From positions 817,988 through 849,987 of the forward strand of contig NZ_CP011272.1 of NCBI RefSeq assembly GCF_001610875.1: a stretch of DNA of 32,000 nt, in the 5' to 3' direction. A model generated the notes under the pieces. The model was not told the origin of the DNA. It ran no database searches and saw only the letters and a program-made list of their open reading frames with translations. Within the stretch, counting starts at the first letter, position 1. Every line of letters begins with the position of its first letter. The translations under genes were made by a program, and so were the position numbers. Source of the DNA: Pirellula sp. SH-Sr6A (GTDB lineage Bacteria; Planctomycetota; Planctomycetia; Pirellulales; Pirellulaceae). Of this stretch, positions 25,162-32,000 are shown in pieces.

Positions 25162-26967
25162 ATGGCAGCACAGTTTTGCATTGGAATCGATCTTGGAACG
25201 ACCAACTCTGTCGTTGCGTTCGCCCCCCTGGATGAACCCGATGCGATGGTGGCAGTCCTCCCCATCCCGCAAGTCGTCGCACCAGGAACGGTGGAACGTC
25301 GACTCTCACTCCCGTCGTTTCTTCTACGCACACGCGGACCGATTGACGAGTCGCTCCAAATATCGGGCTTTCGATCCCCGTTTGGTGTGGTGGGCGAATA
25401 CGCTCGCCGCATTGCGAGCGAACAACCAGACCATTGCGTTGCTGCGGCAAAAAGTTGGCTCTGTCACCGAGACGTCGATCGCAACGCACCCCTACTACCT
25501 TGGGGATCGGAGGATCCCGATTCCAAAATCTCGCCCGTCGATGCGACGACGGCGTATCTCACCCATTTGATCGATGCGTGGCATCTCCAATTCCCCGACG
25601 CTCCTTTCCAAGACCAACACATCGTTCTGACAGTCCCCGCTTCCTTTGACCTCGACGCTCGCGAACTGACCAAAATGGCGGCCCTCGCAGCCGGATTCCC
25701 TGAAGCGTTTGTATTCCTCGAAGAGCCTCAAGCGGCCCTTTACAATTGGATTCTTGCCCATGGAAACCAGTGGAGAAAACAACTAAGGAAGCATGACACA
25801 CTTCTCGTTTGCGACGTGGGAGGCGGAACAACCGACTTGACATTGGTCGAAGTCGTCGAGGAGGCAGGAGAACTTCAATTGAAGCGAGTGGCAGTCGGCA
25901 ATCACTTGCTCGTAGGCGGGGACAACATGGACCTAACGCTTGCTCATGTGGCCTCGCAACTGTTCGCAGCTAAAGGTACGAAACTAAACGCATGGCAATC
26001 CATTTCGCTATGGCATTCGTGCCGACTAGCGAAAGAGGCGCTCCTCAAACCGAATGCACCAGCCAGTTTCCCACTCAATGTTCTTGGTCGTGGCAGCAAA
26101 CTGATCGGGGGAACCGTTTCGATCGATCTGGAGCGCTCGATCGTCGAGGCCACACTCGTCGACGGCTTCTTTCCAAAAGTCGGCAAAGGAGAACGCGCCC
26201 TCCAAGACACCGATACGGGTTTTCAGGAAATTGGCCTCCCTTTCGAACCGGACTCCGCCATCACACGCCACATCGCAAGCTTTCTCGACGACCACCTTCG
26301 AAATTCCGATCAACAATCGGTCTCTCACCTTCTGTTCAACGGGGGCGTTTTCAACTCCGAGGCATTCCGCCAACGATTGATTGAAACCATCCGTAGCTGG
26401 CAATCCGATTCCAACGACTCGTCGGGTACGGACTCGCTCCAAGGTCCGCAGGTTCTCGGTGGAATCGAGGAACTGGACCAAGCCGTCGCTTGCGGGGCAG
26501 CATACTATGGATGGGCCAAATCACACGGCGGGATTCGAATCCGCGGAGGAACCGCTAGGAGCTATTACATCGGGATCGAATCGTCCGGCCCCGCTATCCC
26601 CGGAATGCCTCGACCTCTTCATGCCCTGTGCGTCGTTCCGCAAGGAATGGAAGAGGGGACCGAATGCGATATCCAAAGCAAAGAGGTCGGGCTCCGCACG
26701 GGACGCAAAGCGCGTTTCCGATTTTTCTCCAGCACATCACGCTCCGAGGACCGCCCCGGAACACTTCTTCGACATTGGGATGACGAGGAGTTGCTCGAAA
26801 CATCGCCCATGGAAACCGAATTGCCGGCATCCGAAACCCAAGGCCTCGTGCCTGTCCGATTTCACGCCAAAGTAACCGAACTCGGAACATTGGAACTCGC
26901 GTGCAAAAGCACTCGAAATCCAGACGCCTGGAAATTAGAAATCCGCGTCCGCGACGAAGCAGAATAG
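25162..26967 (+). CDS. Atypical Hsp70-family (actin-like ATPase) protein with a non-canonical C-terminal domain
   Basis: IGIDLGTTNSVVAF is phosphate-1 and LLVCDVGGGTTDLTLVEV is phosphate-2. VGGDNMD is present. The adenosine motif is degenerate (LLFNGGVFNSEAFRQRL). The length is 601 aa, with no EEVD tail or helical lid that I can see. Confidence 0.8.
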   Translation: MAAQFCIGIDLGTTNSVVAFAPLDEPDAMVAVLPIPQVVAPGTVERRLSLPSFLLRTRGPIDESLQISGFRSPFGVVGEYARRIASEQPDHCVAAAKSWLCHRDVDRNAPLLPWGSEDPDSKISPVDATTAYLTHLIDAWHLQFPDAPFQDQHIVLTVPASFDLDARELTKMAALAAGFPEAFVFLEEPQAALYNWILAHGNQWRKQLRKHDTLLVCDVGGGTTDLTLVEVVEEAGELQLKRVAVGNHLLVGGDNMDLTLAHVASQLFAAKGTKLNAWQSISLWHSCRLAKEALLKPNAPASFPLNVLGRGSKLIGGTVSIDLERSIVEATLVDGFFPKVGKGERALQDTDTGFQEIGLPFEPDSAITRHIASFLDDHLRNSDQQSVSHLLFNGGVFNSEAFRQRLIETIRSWQSDSNDSSGTDSLQGPQVLGGIEELDQAVACGAAYYGWAKSHGGIRIRGGTARSYYIGIESSGPAIPGMPRPLHALCVVPQGMEEGTECDIQSKEVGLRTGRKARFRFFSSTSRSEDRPGTLLRHWDDEELLETSPMETELPASETQGLVPVRFHAKVTELGTLELACKSTRNPDAWKLEIRVRDEAE

Positions 26968-26974
26968 AATACGC

Positions 26975-27004
26975 TCTTCATCTTATCTTCATCATTTCTT
27001 CATC
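26975..27004 (+). promoter_or_regulatory. Candidate Pho-box-like operator: three TCTTCATC direct repeats with exact 11-bp periodicity
   Basis: TCTTCATC occurs at 26975-26982, 26986-26993 and 26997-27004, separated by tta and att, with ttg after the third copy. TACGAT, a -10-like hexamer, lies at 27014-27019, 9 bp after the last repeat. The phoU ATG is at 27044. Confidence 0.5.
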
Positions 27005-27043
27005 TTGAGTCGCTACGATCTCGCCCATTGAAAGCAATCGCAT

Positions 27044-27742
27044 ATGTCACTCCACCTCAGCCAAGACCTCAACGAAGCCCACAACTCGCTCCTTCGACTC
27101 TCCGGCAGCGTAGAAGAGATGATTGGCAAGTCGGTCCAATCGCTCGTCGAACGCCGCGGTTCGCTGGCCGCCGAAGTCATCGAGCACGATAACGAGATCG
27201 ATCGCGTGGAAGTACGCATCGAGGAGGAGTGCCTCAAGATGCTCGCACTACACCAACCGGTTGCGGCCGATCTTCGCCGCATCACGACCATGATGAAGAT
27301 CAACAACGATCTGGAGCGGATTGCCGACTTGGCATGCAATATCGCGCAGCGCGCAGACAGCCTCTGCGCATTTCCCGAATTCCCGATTCCTGCTGGGATC
27401 GAACAAATGGCCTCGATGACGAACTCCATGGTGCGTCGTAGTCTCGACGCATTCGTCAATCGCGATATCGATGCGGCCTATCGAGTCATCCTGGAGGATG
27501 AAAAAGTCGACGCAAAGAATGTCGAAGTGATCGATGTTCTCAACACCTTGATGTCATCCGACAGGGGATTGATCGCGGCAGCGATGCACTGCTTCTCGGC
27601 TTCACGTCACCTGGAACAGATCGCAGACCATGCGGTCAGTATCGCCGAAGACATTATTTACATGGTCAACGGCGTCATCGTCCGTCACCGTCAATTTTCC
27701 ATCCATTCTGGAATCTCCCCGAACTCCGGAAGCGGGTCGTAG
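27044..27742 (+). CDS. phoU: Phosphate signalling complex protein PhoU
   Basis: The 232 aa ORF has two PhoU repeats with the characteristic D..ID / E..C...LALHQPVAADLR and NDLERIADLACNIA / RHLEQIADHAVSIAEDI motifs. Confidence 0.9.
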   Translation: MSLHLSQDLNEAHNSLLRLSGSVEEMIGKSVQSLVERRGSLAAEVIEHDNEIDRVEVRIEEECLKMLALHQPVAADLRRITTMMKINNDLERIADLACNIAQRADSLCAFPEFPIPAGIEQMASMTNSMVRRSLDAFVNRDIDAAYRVILEDEKVDAKNVEVIDVLNTLMSSDRGLIAAAMHCFSASRHLEQIADHAVSIAEDIIYMVNGVIVRHRQFSIHSGISPNSGSGS

Positions 27743-27766
27743 CTCCCCCACTCTTTTGGAAGACTT

Positions 27767-28456
27767 ATGCCAAGAACGAAAGTACTGGTTGTTGAAGACG
27801 ATCGAGCTCTCTCCGAAGTTCTTCTCTACAACCTCGACAAAGCTGGCTACGAAGTCTTCAAAGCGTTCGACGGTCGAGATGGATTGAATCAAGCCCAACT
27901 CAGACTCCCAGACGTTATCCTGTTGGACGTGATGCTACCGGTGATCGATGGAGTCGAAGTCTGCCGCAGACTTCGCGCCAATCCCGAAACGGCCAAACTC
28001 AATGTCATCCTGCTAACGGCCAAATCCGAGGAAAGCGATCAACTCATCGGCTTCTCCGTAGGCGCGGATGACTATGTGACCAAACCTTTCAGCGTGCGTG
28101 TCCTTCTCGAACGGATCAAATCGCTGCTGCGTCGCAAATCCCTCGCCCTCCTGGATGACAACGACATCGTCACGCGTCGAGGCATCACGCTCGATCGCCG
28201 CAAATACCGAGCTACTGTGGATGAGCAGCCTGTCGAATTAACGAAAAGCGAATTTCGACTGCTCGACACGTTGATGAGGCAGCCAGGCCGCGCCTTCGAA
28301 CGCTGCGAACTTATCGACTCCGCACTCGGCGAAGACACTCTCGTTTTGGAACGGACCATCGATGTCCACATAAGAGCCATTCGCAAGAAAGTAGGCGAAA
28401 AAGCCAACGCTATCGAGACAGTACGCGGTGTCGGCTATCGATTCCAAGACGACTGA
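27767..28456 (+). CDS. OmpR/PhoB-family DNA-binding response regulator
   Basis: The receiver domain has VLVVEDD, DVILLDVMLPVIDG, ILLTAK and KPF. The winged-helix output domain has LTKSEFRLLDTLM and TVRGVGYRF. It starts 24 bp after phoU. Confidence 0.9.
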   Translation: MPRTKVLVVEDDRALSEVLLYNLDKAGYEVFKAFDGRDGLNQAQLRLPDVILLDVMLPVIDGVEVCRRLRANPETAKLNVILLTAKSEESDQLIGFSVGADDYVTKPFSVRVLLERIKSLLRRKSLALLDDNDIVTRRGITLDRRKYRATVDEQPVELTKSEFRLLDTLMRQPGRAFERCELIDSALGEDTLVLERTIDVHIRAIRKKVGEKANAIETVRGVGYRFQDD

Positions 28457-28520
28457 CGTTCGACTGTCGCCCTGGCATGGTCCGCCGTTGAACTCCCTAT
28501 CTTTTGGACGCTGGGTCCTA

Positions 28521-29348
28521 TCAACGCTCCTGCCATGATTCTCGGTAATGCATTTCCAGTTTGGATACCGGGATGCTATTCCCCCACGTCTCCAACTCTC
28601 CAGCCGCGTACGTGCGAAACGTTTTGAGGTTCGCTTCCTGAAGCCATCGTCCCGTATACAAATTCTGAAAAAACTCTCCTCGGGAATCGATATTTCTATT
28701 GCCCTGCACGCTTCGATCATCCAATTGATCGTATGCAAGCTGAATTATCTTCTCGATGTCAGCGATGCGCTCGACGCTGGATCGATTGATCTCCTCGCGG
28801 ATCTGTTTATCGGTCGGTGCAGCGGATTGTTCCCAACGGAATTCGTACGACGTTGTCGCACCCAATACACCGTCGACAATAGCTCGCACGCGAGGATCAG
28901 TACTGACTGCCAAGTGATCCATTTCGTGCTTTATCAAGCGACTTGACCAAGGATCCGGTGGAGAGAAGTCGGACTCAACATGAATAACGTGAGTAATCCG
29001 AAATTTGGGTCGTTGGTACATCACGCGTATGCGTGCCAGCTGAGTCCCTTCCTGCTCTTCCACTTCTACGATCGTATAGGTATACCGATAGCCGATTTGA
29101 AGCTTGAATTCCGTCGCCCCAACTTTATCCTTCTGCAGCAAAAGCGCATCGCTCGCTTGTATGGAAACATTGCCCGCCTGGATCAGTCGAACATACTCTC
29201 CCGGCGCCATGGAAAGCCACTTGGAACGATCGATCGGCGATTGCCCCAACGCGACGCCAGTCACAGCGACCCAACCCCAAAAGAACAACACGCGGCAAAA
29301 TGGGATGCCGTTCAAAAAACGGAGGTGAGGGCGCGCACACGAACTCAT
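28521..29348 (-). CDS. Secreted hypothetical protein with an HExxH motif (possible DUF922-like zinc peptidase)
   Basis: The 275 aa ORF has a hydrophobic N-terminus (VLFFWGWVAVTGVALG). There is a single HEMDH at LIKHEMDHLAV. The start overlaps the purN stop (ATGA at 29345-29348). The family guess is weak. Confidence 0.55.
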   Translation of the reverse strand: MSSCARPHLRFLNGIPFCRVLFFWGWVAVTGVALGQSPIDRSKWLSMAPGEYVRLIQAGNVSIQASDALLLQKDKVGATEFKLQIGYRYTYTIVEVEEQEGTQLARIRVMYQRPKFRITHVIHVESDFSPPDPWSSRLIKHEMDHLAVSTDPRVRAIVDGVLGATTSYEFRWEQSAAPTDKQIREEINRSSVERIADIEKIIQLAYDQLDDRSVQGNRNIDSRGEFFQNLYTGRWLQEANLKTFRTYAAGELETWGNSIPVSKLEMHYRESWQER

Positions 29349-29941
29349 CCGCTATAGCCCCACTTTGTTGCCAAGATCCGTATCGCCTCCGGCAAGGCCT
29401 CGCGTTCTACCCCAAAGACTCGCTTCTGCAACGACTCGGCGGTGTCGTCCTCGAGGACTTCGCATGCCCTCTGGAGCAAAATCGGCCCGTGATCATATTC
29501 ATTATCGACAAAATGCACGGTACATCCTGTGATCCGAACTCCAAAATCGATCGCTGCCTGATGAACCTTCAGCCCATACATACCTTGCCCGCAAAACGAA
29601 GGAATCAAAGATGGATGGATATTGATCACACGATTCTCGAAGTCGGACGGTATCAACACATGCTGCAAATACCCCCCCATCACCACCAACTGGGAACCGC
29701 TTTCTCGAATCGGTGCAAATACTTGTTCGGAATGCTTTTCTGGTGACTGGCCCTTCCGTTTGGATACGACTCGAGCAGGTATCCCTGCGTCGCTAGCAAA
29801 CTTCAATCCCCCAGCATCCGCACGCGAACTGATAACCAGTCGAAACTCGACGGGCAATCGATTCTGTTGTTGCAGATCGATCAAGTTTTTAAGGGTGGTT
29901 CCCCCGCCAGAAATGAGGACAGCAATCGGTAGAGAGGTCAT
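29345..29941 (-). CDS. purN: Phosphoribosylglycinamide formyltransferase
   Basis: IAVLISGGGTTLKNL, VINIHPSLIPSFCG and GCTVHFVDNEYDHGPILLQ are the canonical PurN motifs. The length is 198 aa. Confidence 0.9.
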   Translation of the reverse strand: MTSLPIAVLISGGGTTLKNLIDLQQQNRLPVEFRLVISSRADAGGLKFASDAGIPARVVSKRKGQSPEKHSEQVFAPIRESGSQLVVMGGYLQHVLIPSDFENRVINIHPSLIPSFCGQGMYGLKVHQAAIDFGVRITGCTVHFVDNEYDHGPILLQRACEVLEDDTAESLQKRVFGVEREALPEAIRILATKWGYSG

Positions 29942-30019
29942 TAGGACTTTGAGTGGAAGTGATAAGTGTTTGGATTCAAACTGCAGGAAAACTTACGAAT
30001 AAGTGAAGTGATGGCGATC

Positions 30020-30631
30020 TCACTGTTCCGCAACGGCTGCGGCAAGGGGACCGTCCAAATCCAAGGGAGGTCCGATCCATTCGATCAAGCCTTGCTTCCC
30101 AACAACAAATGCAACCGGAATGGCAATTTGCCCTGAAGCCATCATATAGTCCGTATCGACGGAGCCATCGGTATCCGATCCGAGATTGTATGCCTTCGCC
30201 ACGTCGCCAAGCCGGAAGGTACGTCCATCCGAACGTTGAATCTCCCGCTCTAAGAAGGGCTTAACGAGCTCAGGTGGTTCGGTCGTGATGCCTATCACGC
30301 GAACCCCCGATGACTGATACTTCGTCTGCAAATCCGCCAGATGGGGAATCGTCTGAAAGCAAGGCCCGCAGGTCGTGGACCAAAACTCTACTACATACAC
30401 CCTTCCCGGTTCGAAAACGGTATCCACCGGCAGTCGCCCCATTCCGTCGGTTAGCCAGTGCTCCACTTGCAATCGAGGTGCACGGCCCCCTACAGCGAGG
30501 AGAGGACGGGCGGGTACCTCGGGCGACGGGACCGGATTGGGCATATGATTGTCACATCCGAGCGTGCAAAATAAACCCACGATACCTATTGCGATTCGAG
30601 AAGGTCTGACGCGTTGCGATGAAACTGTCAT
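30020..30631 (-). CDS. TlpA/redoxin-like thiol-disulfide oxidoreductase lipoprotein
   Basis: The signal peptide carries a lipobox (GLFCTLGCDN). The thioredoxin-fold active site is FWSTTCGPCFQTIPHL (CGPC). It starts 7 nt after the upstream gene's stop. Confidence 0.8.
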   Translation of the reverse strand: MTVSSQRVRPSRIAIGIVGLFCTLGCDNHMPNPVPSPEVPARPLLAVGGRAPRLQVEHWLTDGMGRLPVDTVFEPGRVYVVEFWSTTCGPCFQTIPHLADLQTKYQSSGVRVIGITTEPPELVKPFLEREIQRSDGRTFRLGDVAKAYNLGSDTDGSVDTDYMMASGQIAIPVAFVVGKQGLIEWIGPPLDLDGPLAAAVAEQ

Positions 30632-30638
30632 ACGGGCA

Positions 30639-32000
30639 CTATCGATACAACAAAAAGGCTTCGCGACGCTTCAAGAACTCGGACATTCCATCCAGGTAAA
30701 TCTTTTCCATCTCTTCCCAATCCTTTCCATCCAGAATCGCTTGCTCCATCGCTTTGTTACCGAGAAGCCGATTCAGACTCTTTGTTTCCCAGTCTTTCGG
30801 GTGCAGTTTTCGGAGCTGAACGGCGATCATCAAGCCCGTTTGGACCGGCTGAAACGCACTTCGATCGATAACATCGATCTGAATGCCTTGGCAGAGCTCT
30901 TTCGCAAATTTGCTGCTGTCCGGGGTAAACTCAACTGGCAAAAAAACGACGCCAGGCAAACCGACGCGATTGAGTTCCGCGGCTAATTCAGATGCTCGCA
31001 TCCAAGGTGCACCGATCCATTCGAACGGTGTATCGGTCCCTCTACCGACAGAGATATTGGTCGTCTCCAACAATCCAATTCCGGGATACAACAACGCTTG
31101 GTTCAAGGAACGCATATTGGGAGAAGGGTTGATCCAAGGAATCCCAGTGGATTCGTAATACATGGACCGTTCCCATCCCTCGCAAGGCACCACCACCAGA
31201 TCCAATTCTAAATTCAATTCCGCTTTCAACATCTTTGCGATTTCGCCCACGGACATGCCATGCCGAACAGGGAGCTTGTGGTACGCGACAAACGATTCCA
31301 GCTTGTCGTCCAACATCGGCCCAGCGACATCGACACCGTTGATCGGATTGGGGCGATCCAGTACGACAAATCGCTTCTTGTTTTCCGAAGCTGCCCGCAT
31401 CGCCTCCCCCATGGTGGAGATGTAAGTATAAAACCTTGCGCCGATGTCTTGAATGTCGAACACAAGAGTATCGACTGACTCGAGCATCGCAGGAGTGGGA
31501 CGCCTCGTCTCACCATACAGACTATAAATCTTCAATCCCGTCGATGCGTCCTGACTGTCACCCACTTTAGAGATGTCGAGTTTTCCCTCGAATCCATGCT
31601 CAGGCGAAAACAAGGAGGCCAATTGAAAATTCTTCGCCTCCGCAAAAAGTTTGACAATGCCCACTTTGCTCCGCGTCCTCGCGGTGTGGTTCGTAATCAA
31701 TCCCACTTTTCGCCCATCTAAGGCGCGAAACCCATCCCGCTCCAAGCAATCGAGGCCGCTCAAGACATGCTGGTCCTTCGAGATCCTAGTCGCGCGAGCC
31801 AAGTCCGATGCAACCACATTGAGCAGTTTTCCTGAAAGCGGATTAACCAGCCCCTTCCCATCCGGATGAACGCGATTGCTTAAGAAAACAAAGAACAGGT
31901 CTTGGGCTGGATCAATCCAAAGTACTGTACCCGTGAAACCACCATGACCAATCGCATCCGAACTCAGCAGATTCCCCTTGTTCGTCGAGAATCCCGTCTG
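30639..32000 (-). CDS. Fusion protein, 5'-truncated by the window edge: beta-lactamase-fold serine hydrolase (COG1680, AmiE/YbbE-like) N-terminal domain plus DUF1343 (NamZ/YbbC-like exo-N-acetylmuramidase) C-terminal domain
   Basis: The track lists 30639-31817 from a GTG. The same frame stays open to 32000 and reads QTGFSTNKGNLLSSDAIGHGGFTGTVLWIDPAQDLFFVFLSNRVHPDGKG. That is the conserved C-terminal block of beta-lactamase-related hydrolases. Downstream, KVGLITNHTA...LFSPEHGFEG and the rest of the sequence are typical DUF1343. Confidence 0.8.
   Translation of the reverse strand, partial: QTGFSTNKGNLLSSDAIGHGGFTGTVLWIDPAQDLFFVFLSNRVHPDGKGLVNPLSGKLLNVVASDLARATRISKDQHVLSGLDCLERDGFRALDGRKVGLITNHTARTRSKVGIVKLFAEAKNFQLASLFSPEHGFEGKLDISKVGDSQDASTGLKIYSLYGETRRPTPAMLESVDTLVFDIQDIGARFYTYISTMGEAMRAASENKKRFVVLDRPNPINGVDVAGPMLDDKLESFVAYHKLPVRHGMSVGEIAKMLKAELNLELDLVVVPCEGWERSMYYESTGIPWINPSPNMRSLNQALLYPGIGLLETTNISVGRGTDTPFEWIGAPWMRASELAAELNRVGLPGVVFLPVEFTPDSSKFAKELCQGIQIDVIDRSAFQPVQTGLMIAVQLRKLHPKDWETKSLNRLLGNKAMEQAILDGKDWEEMEKIYLDGMSEFLKRREAFLLYR

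Noticed and set aside
26520-26548. tRNA-like T-arm sequence GGCGGGATTCGAATCCGCGG
   Set aside because: It lies inside the Hsp70-like CDS, where it encodes HGGIRIRGG. I could find no matching acceptor stem about 70 nt upstream, nor D or anticodon arms on either strand.

Overview
The window looks like chromosomal DNA from a member of the Planctomycetota, probably Pirellulales-like. The lineage call rests on a textbook DUF1559 prepilin-type protein, long signal peptides and weak or absent Shine-Dalgarno sites. Coding density is high and I found no transposase, integrase, CRISPR array, tRNA or rRNA.

Much of the window is housekeeping: PlsC-family acyltransferase, rfbF, phoH-pgpH, cdsA, ychF, lysS, phoU plus a phoB-like regulator, and purN. 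Three features are missing from the ORF track. One is an SRP (4.5S) RNA on the minus strand at about 22965-23078. The other two are edge-truncated genes: a TadE-like pilus gene at 1-155 (-), and a beta-lactamase-fold domain fused in frame to DUF1343/NamZ at 30639-32000 (-).

The best candidate for an undescribed system is a self-contained four-gene minus-strand operon at 3726-11231. It encodes a roughly 950 aa secreted protein, an 800 aa protein with three TM helices and a coiled-coil tail, and a 614 aa anchored coiled-coil protein. That third protein carries nine perfect KPSDTQ repeats. The fourth product is a cysteine-less FmdB-like mini-protein. None of the four has a recognisable catalytic or NTPase motif.

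Other points worth a second look:
- three TCTTCATC direct repeats at exact 11-bp spacing upstream of phoU-phoB, which look like a Pho box
- a PaaK/F390-synthetase-like ligase divergently paired with a DUF447-like protein
- an atypical Hsp70 preceded by a perfect 16-bp tandem duplication
- a receiver domain that seems to lack the phospho-acceptor Asp

All family assignments come from reading motifs by eye. No database search was run.
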